Origin: a virus
Reading direction: 5' to 3' (one strand)
Length of the DNA: 64,000 nucleotides
Virus record (IMG/VR): IMGVR_UViG_3300037234_000551
Location: 1 to 64,000 of that record
Positions within the stretch are counted from its first letter, which is position 1, and every line of letters begins with the position of its first letter. Shown piece by piece: positions 39,727 to 50,191 of the stretch. The position numbers were made by a program, and so were the translations under genes. The notes under the pieces are model-generated. The model ran no database searches. It was not told where the DNA came from and was given only the letters and a program-made list of their open reading frames with translations.

Positions 39727-41937
39727 ATGAGAAAAGTTAAATTCAAAAAGGCAGGAGCTGAGAACTTTTGTTGTTACATTGAACCAGTTGAGATCGAATT
39801 TAAAGGAGGTCAACTCGTTCTTATAAGCGGTCCTAACGGAGTTGGTAAGTCGACTCTATTCGATATAATTCCATTTACATTCTATGGAGTTACAACGAAG
39901 AATTCGAGAGCAGATGATGTAGTAAATACAACCGTTGGTAAGAATTGTAAGACATGGGTTGAGTTCGATGTTGATAATATTGAATTCTTAGCTGAGCGTT
40001 ATCATAAGTTTACCAAAGTCGGAAGTACCGTTATCTTGAAAGAGAAGAGAAATGGGAAATTCGTTGACATTGGAAAAGGTCATAGGGAGGTCAAACCGAT
40101 AATTGAGCGTCTCATTACTCCTGAGAAACTCTTTATGAATACCCTACTGTTTGGCCAAAAGGTTAAGAATTTCTTTACTGACCTAACTGACTCTCAGCAA
40201 AAGGAAATATTTAGGAAGATATTAACGTTAGATGATTATGTCACATATTCAAAGGTATCTACTGAGATCCTTAGTGAAGTTGAGAAAATCATACTTTCAA
40301 TTGAAGGTGATATAAAAACTCAAGAGATTTTAATTGAGGAAACAAAATCTCTGATCGCTCATTTCGAACTTGAGAAAAGAAAGTTCTATGATCAAAAGCA
40401 AGTTGAACTTGAATTTCAAAATACTCGTTACAGGAAAAGACAAGAAGATGTAAATACTCTAGAGGTCTCTATCAAGGAGTATATGGACTTAGACCTTGAG
40501 TCAGAAATGAGTAAGAACTCTGAGCAAATCAATCAGACATATTCAAAGTTGTCTTCAATTGCTTCAGATATAGAAGCTAACATTAATGAAGTAAAGTCAA
40601 AGGCAGCATTGAAACTTTCAGAAATGAATACCGTTGCTGACGATACGAAGCGGAAGGCACATGAGAAACTTGCAGATGCTATTTACAAAGTTGACAAAAT
40701 ACTTAATGAAGAAGATAAAGAATTGCTGTTAAGTATTAATGAGATAGAAAATCAGAAATCCCAGATGAGACTGAAATCAGTTACTAATGGTGACAGAATT
40801 CATGTAATGCTTGAACAGACTAAAGAGTTTAGTAATGCCATATTGGACGGACAGGTGTCAGTATGTCCAACTTGCAAGCAAGAAATTGATGAACCAACTG
40901 TCACAATTCTTAATGAGCACCTGGATGAAATAAATACAAAAATTGAACAGCTTCGGCAAGAGAATTCCGAAATAGATAAAGAAGTTCTTAAACTACAGGG
41001 AGAAGTTGAAAAACAACACATTGAACTCGCAGAGATAAAGGCAAAGGCAAGCAGGGAAGCAAAGACTCATCGAGATGCCCACGCAGAGATAATTGAAGGA
41101 ATTGATAAGAAACTTGGTGAACTTACAGAGCAAATAAATGAGTTAACAATCCAGGCAATTGATGGTATTCGAGAGGAGTCTGAAAAGAAAAGAAAGTTTT
41201 TAGACCTGGAGTTGGAGAATTTGAGGAATAAGGCGGCTGGTCTTCAAGCTAAACTTGATCACCGCATAACCCTTGAGAAAGATCTTGCGGGTCTGGAGTC
41301 CGAGCTAAAATCAATTGAAGAAATGATTAAGTCAATCGAAGAAAAGGAGTATGACGAGATTCACCTAAGAGAAGCAATTCAAAAAGAGGAAGTGCTTATT
41401 GGAGCAGTTGTAACTCTCAAGAAAGACTTGGAGATTGAGAAGAAGGAAATAAAAGTCCTTGAGTTTTGGAAAGGAGCTTTCTCATCTGCTGGTATTCCAA
41501 GTATGTTAATTGATGAATCAATTCCCTTTATGAATAGGAGGATATCATATTACTTGGAGAGAATTGCAGGTGGAAGATATATTGTGTCATTCGATACGTT
41601 GAAAGCTACAAAAGCTGGAGAGATGAGAGACAAAATTTCAGTGAATGTTCTTGACACCAAGACCAAGGCAAACTCACGAGTACAATTTTCAGGAGGTCAG
41701 ACAAGACTTGTAGACATCGCCACCATTTTAACCCTTGGCGATCTACAAAATCTCATCCATGATATGCAGTTTAACATCATATTATTTGACGAGATATTTG
41801 ATGCACTCGACGATGAAAATATATCGTATGTATCAAAGTTGCTTCGTTCACTTATAAATGAAGATAAGAGTATATTTATTATTAGTCATAGACATATTGA
41901 TCAAATTGATGCAGATGAAAATTTGAGATTTCTGTAG
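39727..41937 (+). CDS. sbcC: SbcC/Rad50-like SMC ATPase
   Basis: Walker A GPNGVGKS, coiled coil with zinc hook CPTC, signature FSGGQ, Walker B FDEIFDALD, ISH. Confidence 0.92.
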   Translation: MRKVKFKKAGAENFCCYIEPVEIEFKGGQLVLISGPNGVGKSTLFDIIPFTFYGVTTKNSRADDVVNTTVGKNCKTWVEFDVDNIEFLAERYHKFTKVGSTVILKEKRNGKFVDIGKGHREVKPIIERLITPEKLFMNTLLFGQKVKNFFTDLTDSQQKEIFRKILTLDDYVTYSKVSTEILSEVEKIILSIEGDIKTQEILIEETKSLIAHFELEKRKFYDQKQVELEFQNTRYRKRQEDVNTLEVSIKEYMDLDLESEMSKNSEQINQTYSKLSSIASDIEANINEVKSKAALKLSEMNTVADDTKRKAHEKLADAIYKVDKILNEEDKELLLSINEIENQKSQMRLKSVTNGDRIHVMLEQTKEFSNAILDGQVSVCPTCKQEIDEPTVTILNEHLDEINTKIEQLRQENSEIDKEVLKLQGEVEKQHIELAEIKAKASREAKTHRDAHAEIIEGIDKKLGELTEQINELTIQAIDGIREESEKKRKFLDLELENLRNKAAGLQAKLDHRITLEKDLAGLESELKSIEEMIKSIEEKEYDEIHLREAIQKEEVLIGAVVTLKKDLEIEKKEIKVLEFWKGAFSSAGIPSMLIDESIPFMNRRISYYLERIAGGRYIVSFDTLKATKAGEMRDKISVNVLDTKTKANSRVQFSGGQTRLVDIATILTLGDLQNLIHDMQFNIILFDEIFDALDDENISYVSKLLRSLINEDKSIFIISHRHIDQIDADENLRFL

Positions 41938-42026
41938 AAAGGGGGGTTTATGCCGACATGTCCATTCTGTGGTTATCGAGTTAGAAAGGGTTTAGGAAAT
42001 AAGAGAAAGGTGAGAGGTACAAATAC

Positions 42027-42323
42027 ATGGGCACACAAGAGGAAAAGATGTCCAAAAAAACCAAAAGTGTACGTCGATGGACCGAGATACCCAATTCAGA
42101 GATCAAGTATCACACCGTGATAGTATCTGATGGCCATGTCCATAGCCTACATTTAAATGGGAGATTGAAAGGGATATCTCCTACCCCGTCAAAGGTTGTA
42201 ACAGTTATGGGTAATATAGGTCCTTGTGAGGGTTGTATAGTACGACCGAACTGTGCAGAAATGTGTGATGCAAAGGAGACTGCCTTAGTCTATGACATGA
42301 TGACCAGGAGGGAAAGGACTTAA
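42027..42323 (+). CDS. small CX2CX5CX3C family protein
   Basis: GPCEGCIVRPNCAEMC. Confidence 0.55.
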   Translation: MGTQEEKMSKKTKSVRRWTEIPNSEIKYHTVIVSDGHVHSLHLNGRLKGISPTPSKVVTVMGNIGPCEGCIVRPNCAEMCDAKETALVYDMMTRRERT

Positions 42324-42526
42324 TGATAGAAGTCAAGTCGTGTATTCTAACTATTGGCAGAATATCAATGTACACTTCTAAGACAGTAGCTGAAACTAAG
42401 GGTTATAAGTCGAGATATCTAAAAAGGAGTAAAGAACCTATCGTAAATAATCCCTGTGATAGTTGCCTGATTATTTCCACTTGTACTGTCTGGTGTGATG
42501 AGAAGAAAGAGTATCTTTGGGAGTGA
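42323..42526 (+). CDS. small CX2CX5CX3C family protein
   Basis: NPCDSCLIISTCTVWC. Confidence 0.55.
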   Translation: MIEVKSCILTIGRISMYTSKTVAETKGYKSRYLKRSKEPIVNNPCDSCLIISTCTVWCDEKKEYLWE

Positions 42527-42528
42527 AG

Positions 42529-43593
42529 ATGGATAAAATTCAAATTGTAAGTTGGCTCTTGACAAGGAGGTGTAATCTCTCCTGTGATTACTGCAGGATT
42601 GCGAGAGATTACAAAGCTAGACCGAAGAACGACTATCCATCTTTGGGTCATTACCTTAAGATGGAAATGTCAACGGGTTATGTGCTTGAATGTCTGGGCC
42701 GACTTCATGCACATAATCCAAATTGCTTTCACATTTTGTATGGCGGCGAACCCTTACTAAGAAAGGATCTACCAGAGATTGTAAACTATTGTAATGACAA
42801 TGATATTAACTACACTATCATAACTAACAACAGCGATGAAGTTCAGCCAATGTTAGAAAATTTGATAGAGAAAACTGATTATATTACTGGACTGACATCC
42901 TCAATTGATCCAATCATCTTCTCAGCGGAGGAGGAATCGGACCGGGTCAAAAAGAGCATCAAGGGTCTTGAACGGCTAAGAAAGTATCGAGAGTGTATAA
43001 AAGATCTCGTTGCTGAGATAACCGTTGATAGCAAAACAGTTGGTCATTTATATCAACTTGTTTATGAGCTAACTCAACTGGGCATAAGCAGCGACATCAC
43101 AGTCATTGACATCGCAAAGAGTCCATACTATGACTTTGCTCATATTACGGACTCGGATCTGCTAGTGCAGAAAGACAGTGTACTTCTAGATGCTTTCGGT
43201 CGAATCCTTGACAACAAACTAGATGTTCATATGGCCTCGGTCCTCCTCCCTGCGATAGTAAGTATACTTCCGGCAGAGTTGGATTGTGAAATTGAAAAGG
43301 ACGTGCACAACTTAACAATTGATGCAGATGGATCAGTTAGACTATGCCTTAGGATCAGGGGTAAGTCAACTCCGTCAATAAAAGCAATCAATTATATAAG
43401 TGAGGACGGACGTCTTAATCCTGTGTTGAAGAAGATGCTTGCAAAGGATAAGAAAAATTTCTGTCGGAAGTGTAACTGGACTTGTATGATTATGTCCAAA
43501 TTGTTGTCGAAGAATCCAAATCTCTTTGATGACTTAATCCATAAGGAAAGGAGGGCAGATGGTAAAAAGGGCGTCTCCAAAATCAATGCATGA
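42529..43593 (+). CDS. radical SAM protein with twitch/SPASM-like C-terminus
   Basis: CNLSCDYC, YGGEPLLR, ITN, TIDADGSVRLC, CRKCNWTC. Confidence 0.88.
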   Translation: MDKIQIVSWLLTRRCNLSCDYCRIARDYKARPKNDYPSLGHYLKMEMSTGYVLECLGRLHAHNPNCFHILYGGEPLLRKDLPEIVNYCNDNDINYTIITNNSDEVQPMLENLIEKTDYITGLTSSIDPIIFSAEEESDRVKKSIKGLERLRKYRECIKDLVAEITVDSKTVGHLYQLVYELTQLGISSDITVIDIAKSPYYDFAHITDSDLLVQKDSVLLDAFGRILDNKLDVHMASVLLPAIVSILPAELDCEIEKDVHNLTIDADGSVRLCLRIRGKSTPSIKAINYISEDGRLNPVLKKMLAKDKKNFCRKCNWTCMIMSKLLSKNPNLFDDLIHKERRADGKKGVSKINA

Positions 43594-43999
43594 ACGTGGT
43601 TTGGAGACTAAAGAAGGTTTGTTTAAGAAGTATGGATTGACCGGAAAATTTGATAGAAATACCATTGTAGATTATGTTTGCAGAACTGGCCTGAGACCTA
43701 GTTCCAGAGGAAGAATTAACACAATTATCAAATATCTAATTTACCAGAAACACATAAGGCCTGCAGACAATGGGAAGTTTACTGTTTGGTATAGAGATAA
43801 GGGAGAAAAACCTGCACCAGATGTAGAAGTTACAACTGTGGTGAAAGAGTGGAGTGTTCCAACAGAGGTGTTCCTTGAGAAAATTTATCCTCATCTAAAA
43901 GGCTCTAAACTTAATGTGAGTCTTGAGAGTACTCCACTAAATATTAGCTTCCTTGCAGAGTTGCAACAACTTCTTGGGAAGTATTTTGGAGGTACCTGA
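43559..43999 (+). CDS. hypothetical (possible winged-helix) protein
   Basis: GGAGG RBS, basic 146 aa. Confidence 0.5.
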   Translation: MVKRASPKSMHERGLETKEGLFKKYGLTGKFDRNTIVDYVCRTGLRPSSRGRINTIIKYLIYQKHIRPADNGKFTVWYRDKGEKPAPDVEVTTVVKEWSVPTEVFLEKIYPHLKGSKLNVSLESTPLNISFLAELQQLLGKYFGGT

Positions 44000-44305
44000 A
44001 TGGCGGATGATGTAATCAAGAGCGCAGTTGAGTTTCTTGAGAGAATCAAGGCTGAAGATGAGGTCACCATAAAGTTCAGAAAAAAGAACAATGAGGAAAG
44101 AATAATGAGGTGCACTCTCAACTTTGGTAAAATTCCGAAAGAAAAGCATCCAAAGGATGTGAACCTTGCAAAGATCCTCAAACTAATAGATAAGCACAAG
44201 ATTATTCATGTGTATGATCTTGATAAGAATGATTGGAGAAGTGTCCCTTTTGACAGGACTGAGTGGCTTAGGACTGCTGAGAAACAATATGCGGTAAGAA
44301 AGTAG
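44000..44305 (+). CDS. WYL-like SH3-fold protein (DUF2693-type)
   Basis: IKFRKKNNEERIMRCTL...VYDLDKNDWRS. Confidence 0.7.
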   Translation: MADDVIKSAVEFLERIKAEDEVTIKFRKKNNEERIMRCTLNFGKIPKEKHPKDVNLAKILKLIDKHKIIHVYDLDKNDWRSVPFDRTEWLRTAEKQYAVRK

Positions 44306-44312
44306 AGGGATA

Positions 44313-44675
44313 ATGAGGATCCAGAAGAACTTCGTAATGGGTACGTTGGAGGTTGCACCTGAGGAAGGGAGGCTATGGTTAAAGACCCAAAGTTGTGATT
44401 TGAGAGTAAGCAAACTTTCATTCAAGAATGTTGAAGAATCATTTTCGATGATAGATATACAGGGCGGTCAAGCTGTTATGGTGCCTGAAGCTGAAGAATA
44501 TGATGAGACAATGTTAAACTTTGTTGGTAGTATCTACAGTTGTGTTCAGGCAGAGTCAGTAAATAGGGAGATGAGAGGCCAAGATAAACAAGAATTCCTG
44601 GACCACGTTCTTAAAGCTGTACAGAGTTGTGTGTCCACTTTTGAAAAAGGAAAGGGAAATGTCTATCCTAAATGA
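44313..44675 (+). CDS. hypothetical protein
   Basis: 120-aa ORF with RBS. Confidence 0.5.
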   Translation: MRIQKNFVMGTLEVAPEEGRLWLKTQSCDLRVSKLSFKNVEESFSMIDIQGGQAVMVPEAEEYDETMLNFVGSIYSCVQAESVNREMRGQDKQEFLDHVLKAVQSCVSTFEKGKGNVYPK

Positions 44676-45024
44676 ACTTTTGGCGAAGGTTGCATCAGCT
44701 GAATTGGATGAGCAAGTCAAGCAGCTATGTGATGTGATTTTTGAAGAAGAAAAAGATAATATAAAACATATGGATGGTTTACCCACAGGCCCAAACATCT
44801 TTCTCTGTCTAGAAGTACCAGGTAGAAAACAAGGAGAAGTTGCCTTTGTTGCTCTTGAGAGAGAAGCGAAGGAACAGTATATAACAAGTATTTGGGTGAA
44901 AGGACCACCTTCCTCGGTGGACAAACCAGCTAGGAGAATTAAAGCAACCGAACTAAAGGAGGTAAAGGCTGAAAAAATTCTTCTACACTTTGCAGAAACT
45001 TATAAACATATGAAGGGAGATTAG
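44659..45024 (+). CDS. hypothetical protein
   Basis: 3' part of ORF 44629..45024; purine-rich RBS before ATG 44659. Confidence 0.5.
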   Translation: MSILNELLAKVASAELDEQVKQLCDVIFEEEKDNIKHMDGLPTGPNIFLCLEVPGRKQGEVAFVALEREAKEQYITSIWVKGPPSSVDKPARRIKATELKEVKAEKILLHFAETYKHMKGD

Positions 45025-45027
45025 GGT

Positions 45028-45465
45028 ATGGTATCCGAGAACTTGAGACGAGAAAATCTGGAAGGCAAAACAATTGTTGATTTAAACCAACTTTGCCGTG
45101 ACTACGATGTCAAAGGAGTTATCGGCCGTCCGAAGGGAGACATGGTTAATTACATGGTAGCCTTCAATGAGGGTCGTCCGGTTGAAGAGGTTATGACCGA
45201 GCAGGGTCAGGTACAACCACCGACTCCACCTCCAGATTCTGGAACTCCTGGAAGTGAACCTGAGGCAGCTGGCGGATCGCCCGAGGGTTGGCAGAATCTC
45301 AGTGAGGTTACTGAGGAGGGTGAGGAAGTTGGAGAAGCAACTCCAGAGACACCTCCAGAGGCACCCACACCAGAGACTCAAGCTGAGGCTGTACAGCCAG
45401 AGACAAGTGAGCCTGCTGAGGAGGAGTCGACTGAACCTGAGACCGTTCAGTCTCAATCTGTCTAG
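45028..45465 (+). CDS. Rho-N/HeH-like domain protein with acidic Pro/Glu-rich tail
   Basis: LEGKTIVDLNQLCRDYDVKGVIGRPKGDMVNYM resembles the N-terminus of 49680..50168. Confidence 0.55.
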   Translation: MVSENLRRENLEGKTIVDLNQLCRDYDVKGVIGRPKGDMVNYMVAFNEGRPVEEVMTEQGQVQPPTPPPDSGTPGSEPEAAGGSPEGWQNLSEVTEEGEEVGEATPETPPEAPTPETQAEAVQPETSEPAEEESTEPETVQSQSV

Positions 45466-45482
45466 TCTCTGAGGAGTAGGCG

Positions 45483-47987
45483 ATGAAGCGTGAAAGAAGT
45501 GAGATAATCATAAGTGAAAAGTTTTCCAGTCTTTGTTTATCTGATTATGAAGTTGGTAAAGAAGATGAATCAACTCCTAAGATAAGACAAAGAATGTTAA
45601 ATACAACCGACTTAGTTAACCGTTTAATGACTAGAGTGGCTAATCGCCGGCCAGATGAAATTCTTCCTCAGAATTGTCGATTCATTCAACCTATAAGCAC
45701 TGGAGGGAGGGTCGTAGTTATTGAAGACCCTCCCTGCTCCAGAACAATTCGGTTGGACATGGATTTGGAGCACAATATTGAGAAGTTGAGGAAGACTGGA
45801 AAATTGAAACACTATGGTTATACTCAGAAATTGCTGAAGATGTATCGAGGACCTAGACCCTATAAACTTATACTAGGTTTTCCATATATTGTTTACATAA
45901 TGAGTCTTACCACACACTATGAGCTAAATGGCCTTAAGATTTTCTATCGACTGCACCCGATAACTAGTCCATCAGACTATCTGTTTACTCCAAACTTGTT
46001 GAATATTGATGGTAGTTATAATGTGTGCTTGGGAGAAGGTTCAGCTTATGGTAATAGCACTCCAGAAACCTGTACTAGAGCTCTCAATAGATTTTGGAAC
46101 AATAGTTTTAATACAGATTATCTTCATGCATATAAAAGCTATGAAGATGTTGGAGAAGTGTCCGATTTTCTAACCTGGCAATATTACACACATCGAGATC
46201 CGATGTTTGTGTTTAATGTGAAATGGAAAGCTCATAAAAGAACCCTTAAAGAGGAAATCAGTAGGATATCAGGTCATAGAAGACTGAAACCAAAAAGTTA
46301 CAATTTCTATAACCTTACTGAATTATTTACCGAACCCGTTATGACAGACGAGAGGAAAGTTTTTCTTGATCCATGTGAAAGTGTAATATTGGGTAATGAA
46401 GTACTTTCTATAGGTGATAAGATTGACATTGATGGTGAAGTATATTGGGTTAGCGGATTTAAAGGTATGATTGGCTATCCTGCACAAGCGGTTATGCTTA
46501 TAGATGATAATAATGAGTTGTCTGAAAAGCTGTTGACTGAGAAGTTGAGGGATGACTTAGCCAAGAAGTTGGTTAAAGTAAACATCATAAAGTCTCTCGA
46601 ATTAAAGAATGGAGTTACCATAAAACCTGGAGATGTTGTTGAGTTGAGTCAACCATTTAAAAGTTACCGTAAGGTAAATGAAATTAGAATTGCTCTAGAT
46701 GAAAGCACTGAGGTTAAACTTGGAACAGACTATTACTTTGCCGATGCTCTAGAATTAAAGATATTTGATCAGAAGGTAAGACTGTATGACATGGAGATGG
46801 AGATCGGTCGTGAGTATAATTTGATACATCGACAGATTGATATTCTTGTCTATATGGGACACTCTGTCGAACTTAAGGGAATTGATGTTACTAATGAAGG
46901 CATGTTGCACGTACACTTCAAAAATGATGAGTCTGGCTATGAAGTGAATGAATCCTACGAGACTCTTGAAACTAAGTATAAGTTAGTGGAAGAGGACACT
47001 TCTGTCCATTATCCTGTCTTTCGAATTGGACCTAAGATATTTACATCTAGTAACGGAGAGCATAGGATGATGAAGGGTACTGGCATTATTTATACTGGTC
47101 TCAATCATGAGTCGTCCCTAAGGTTTGGCTACAATAAAGATCTTGCTCTGGAGCACCTTTTGTCAAATGGAGAGTTCAATCTTCCAAGTTATGATGTTGA
47201 CCTAAACTTTAGGGTTGGGGATAAAGTGATTTTTGTAGATTGGGAGAACAGCCCTGAGGATATTACTGTAATAAGGGAGATAATAGGCATAAGTCGTGAT
47301 GAGAACGATATTCTCAAAATAACCGCACAAAGCAATGAAGGCGACATAAGGACTATGGATTATGCTGACCTATCTCGTGCTAGAGTGCATATTGGAAAGA
47401 TTAGAAAAATTGTAGAAGAGTATAACGGTCTAAGAGCGGGAACAAAGTTAAAGGCCAATGTTACGGGAATTAGTAAATTTCCCAAGAAAGATGTAAATCA
47501 AATCATTGGTTTTATAACTGATACTGGAACTGATGTTCCTCTTATGTTGTGTTCGAATCGTTGTACCCTTTGGGCACATGAGGATTATCTTTCCAAATTC
47601 TCATTTCTATCTCCATCCTCTCGGTTGTGGAGTCGAGTGCAAGTTGCATCACCACCAATTAGGTTTGCGTTACAAGTTGGAGATTTTAATTTATATTCAT
47701 ATTCTTCCAGATGGGCTCCATACATGATGTTCAAAGATCCCCATGGAGGGACAAGAAGATTTCCAACTACCCATATGTGCAAGTACATAACAAGTGGATC
47801 TATATATCCAGATGAGAGAATCACAAAGTGGGGTTTACTACAACCTCGTTTTACCCAACGACAAGTTGATAGGTTTGAACTTAAGTACGTTTTTCCTAAT
47901 ATGCACGGTGGTTACATAGAGGTTCCGGATAGAGCTGGTTTGAGAATGCAGGCAGATTGGAGGTGTGCATGTTCAACGTCTTCGTAG
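45483..47987 (+). CDS. prokaryotic E2-like (family D / PRTRC-B-like) domain protein with long C-terminal extension
   Basis: LGFPYIVY..., LFTPNLLNIDGSYNVCLG, RFWNNSFNTD match the Prok-E2_D pattern; directly upstream of JAB and ThiF genes. Confidence 0.65.
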   Translation: MKRERSEIIISEKFSSLCLSDYEVGKEDESTPKIRQRMLNTTDLVNRLMTRVANRRPDEILPQNCRFIQPISTGGRVVVIEDPPCSRTIRLDMDLEHNIEKLRKTGKLKHYGYTQKLLKMYRGPRPYKLILGFPYIVYIMSLTTHYELNGLKIFYRLHPITSPSDYLFTPNLLNIDGSYNVCLGEGSAYGNSTPETCTRALNRFWNNSFNTDYLHAYKSYEDVGEVSDFLTWQYYTHRDPMFVFNVKWKAHKRTLKEEISRISGHRRLKPKSYNFYNLTELFTEPVMTDERKVFLDPCESVILGNEVLSIGDKIDIDGEVYWVSGFKGMIGYPAQAVMLIDDNNELSEKLLTEKLRDDLAKKLVKVNIIKSLELKNGVTIKPGDVVELSQPFKSYRKVNEIRIALDESTEVKLGTDYYFADALELKIFDQKVRLYDMEMEIGREYNLIHRQIDILVYMGHSVELKGIDVTNEGMLHVHFKNDESGYEVNESYETLETKYKLVEEDTSVHYPVFRIGPKIFTSSNGEHRMMKGTGIIYTGLNHESSLRFGYNKDLALEHLLSNGEFNLPSYDVDLNFRVGDKVIFVDWENSPEDITVIREIIGISRDENDILKITAQSNEGDIRTMDYADLSRARVHIGKIRKIVEEYNGLRAGTKLKANVTGISKFPKKDVNQIIGFITDTGTDVPLMLCSNRCTLWAHEDYLSKFSFLSPSSRLWSRVQVASPPIRFALQVGDFNLYSYSSRWAPYMMFKDPHGGTRRFPTTHMCKYITSGSIYPDERITKWGLLQPRFTQRQVDRFELKYVFPNMHGGYIEVPDRAGLRMQADWRCACSTSS

Positions 47988-48970
47988 CTGACGGAAATCA
48001 AGAAGTACCTGACGACGATGTCTTTTATGTAGTCGCAGGGAACGGCATTTTCATTAGAAAGAAATTGGGAATCTTGGATGCGCTAGTTCCGGCAACTAAA
48101 ATACCTCATTTGAATCATGTGGTTTCGTATGCAACGCTAGACTTGCCAAGAATCCCAAAAAATGATTTTGCCGAAATTGTTAGTTTCTTTAGAGAAGTTT
48201 ACGAGGAACATAAGGCTGAAGCAGTTGCTTTACTTCACTTCAATGAAGATAAAAAACATTATAAGATTCAAATACCTTTTCAAGAAGTTACTGGAGGTTC
48301 TGTTGACTATGAAAGAACTTTACCTTGGCAAGAACAGGGGTACATTCTTATGTGTACTATTCATAGTCATGCTGGATTTGGAGCTTTTCACTCCACTACA
48401 GATCACACAGATGAGAAGCACTTTGATGGTTTACACATAACTGTTGGAGATCTCAGCAAAGACCTTCACACTATTTCAACATCAGTTGTGGTAAATGGTA
48501 AGCGCTTTATAACTGATACCCACGAGTATGTTGAAGGAGTAGAGGATATTGAGTACACTAACTATACTCAACATATGTTTCGCCCTACTTTCAAAATGGT
48601 AAAGGGGGTGAAAGTTTACGAGAAAGAAGTTAAGAAGCAGAAAGGTTTTCATGTTGAGAGTGTTCCCTTTGAGCGTACGTGGATGGACTTTGTTGAAAGA
48701 AAATCTCCTACAGTTTATTATGTGGGATTACCACACGCTCAGCGAGGTAGGGTTCAATCCCCTGTCGATCCCAGCGAAATGCCCCACGGATCCTGGCTCC
48801 CACATTGGTACAGACGTCACGGAATCGTCATTAACCCCGACGAGTACGACCCTTTTGACGGTCTTGAACCGGATGAAGGTGGTGGTGGATTCTATACTGG
48901 GCAAGAAGTGTTCCACCAACAAGAACTCCCCCTAATTCCTGAAGATAAAGAGGAGTCTGGCGATGATTAA
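47969..48970 (+). CDS. JAB/MPN+ metalloprotease (prokaryotic deubiquitinase-like)
   Basis: YVVAGNGIF N-terminus, EA, TIHSHAGFGAFHSTTDHTDE (HxH-x7-S-x2-D), GLHITVG. Confidence 0.88.
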   Translation: MFNVFVADGNQEVPDDDVFYVVAGNGIFIRKKLGILDALVPATKIPHLNHVVSYATLDLPRIPKNDFAEIVSFFREVYEEHKAEAVALLHFNEDKKHYKIQIPFQEVTGGSVDYERTLPWQEQGYILMCTIHSHAGFGAFHSTTDHTDEKHFDGLHITVGDLSKDLHTISTSVVVNGKRFITDTHEYVEGVEDIEYTNYTQHMFRPTFKMVKGVKVYEKEVKKQKGFHVESVPFERTWMDFVERKSPTVYYVGLPHAQRGRVQSPVDPSEMPHGSWLPHWYRRHGIVINPDEYDPFDGLEPDEGGGGFYTGQEVFHQQELPLIPEDKEESGDD

Positions 48971-49667
48971 CCCCCCTTCTGAGTTATCCATCAAAGTCAT
49001 AGGTATAGGTGGAGTCGGTACAATCCTGGCAGATAAACTTTCCAGATTCCTGAATTATGGTAATGGAGTTGATACCAGGATTACTTTTGTAGATGGAGAT
49101 ACCTTTGAACCAAAGAACAGAGATAGGCAAGAATTTGCAATCGCTGGAGGCAAGAAGTCATTAGTAAAGGCCTCCGAGTTTCAAGAGAAGTATCACGAAT
49201 TAAATTACAGTGCATTTGATGAATATGTTAATCCCCGTAATGTAGGTACGTTTATCAAATCGGGAGACATAGTCTTCGTATGCGTAGATAATCATAAGAC
49301 GAGAAAAATAATCTCAGATTTTACCAAAACACTCAGTGACATTGTTGTAATATCAGGAGGGAATGAGTTCACTGATGGCAATGTTCAAATCTTTGTCAGA
49401 AGGGAGGGTAGAAGTTTAACCCCGTCATTGAGTGATTACCACCCGGAAATTGAACATCCAAAGGACAGGACACCGGGTGAAATGACTTGCGAGGAATTAG
49501 CACAATCAGAACCCCAGTTATTCTTCACAAACCTTGGAGTTGCAACGTTTATGTGCTTTGCATTCTACAATACTGTTGTGAAGAATAACCCCAGTTACTC
49601 TGAAGTATACTTCGATGTCCTATCAATGAAAGCAGATTCGAAATCCAGAAAACCCTTAGATTCTTAA
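48963..49667 (+). CDS. ThiF/E1-like activating enzyme
   Basis: IGIGGVG, VDGDTFEPKNRDRQ, CVDNHKTR, GGNEFTDG, candidate catalytic Cys in EMTCEE, QLFFTN. Confidence 0.9.
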   Translation: MINPPSELSIKVIGIGGVGTILADKLSRFLNYGNGVDTRITFVDGDTFEPKNRDRQEFAIAGGKKSLVKASEFQEKYHELNYSAFDEYVNPRNVGTFIKSGDIVFVCVDNHKTRKIISDFTKTLSDIVVISGGNEFTDGNVQIFVRREGRSLTPSLSDYHPEIEHPKDRTPGEMTCEELAQSEPQLFFTNLGVATFMCFAFYNTVVKNNPSYSEVYFDVLSMKADSKSRKPLDS

Positions 49668-49679
49668 AGGAGATCGGAA

Positions 49680-50168
49680 ATGGCAAGAGGATTCACAAGA
49701 GAGCAACTGGATGAAAAGACGGTTAAGGAACTTCGTGGTGTAGCCAAGAATTTGGGTTGTGTTGGATATTCCAAGAAACCCAAGGCTACTGTTATCGAGC
49801 TCATCATAGAGAAACAGGGTGGTCCGGTAACGGCTGCTCCTTCGACTGCGAAAGCGAAGGCTGCTCCTGCAAAGAAAGATGATAAACTCTCTCAGGCCGA
49901 GTTCAGCTTGCAGAGTGTCCTTACCAAACCAAGTGCGAAGTTTGGTGACAAGACAACTACAACTATCCGAGTGTCTTGTGGGGCTGCTGCAGGTGACTTC
50001 AGTGTATGCGGCAAGACAGTTGGTGCCGTGTCTGAGTTTCTTCGGGAAGTCTTGAACATTGACCGAATGGCCCAAGGTGTTGTCAATGGAAAGACTGTTG
50101 ACGGCAGCTATTTGCTGAAAGATGGGGACAATCTAGAGTTCCTAAAGGCAGCAGGCCGGAAGGGATAG
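49680..50168 (+). CDS. ubiquitin-like (beta-grasp) protein with N-terminal Rho-N/HeH-like domain
   Basis: C-terminal GKTVGAVSEFLREVLNI...VVNG...YLLKDGDNLEFLKAAGRKG ending in Gly; N-terminal KTVKELRGVAKNLGCVGYSKKPKATVIELI. Confidence 0.8.
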   Translation: MARGFTREQLDEKTVKELRGVAKNLGCVGYSKKPKATVIELIIEKQGGPVTAAPSTAKAKAAPAKKDDKLSQAEFSLQSVLTKPSAKFGDKTTTTIRVSCGAAAGDFSVCGKTVGAVSEFLREVLNIDRMAQGVVNGKTVDGSYLLKDGDNLEFLKAAGRKG

Positions 50169-50191
50169 AGTCAGAAGAAATAGAAAGTTGT

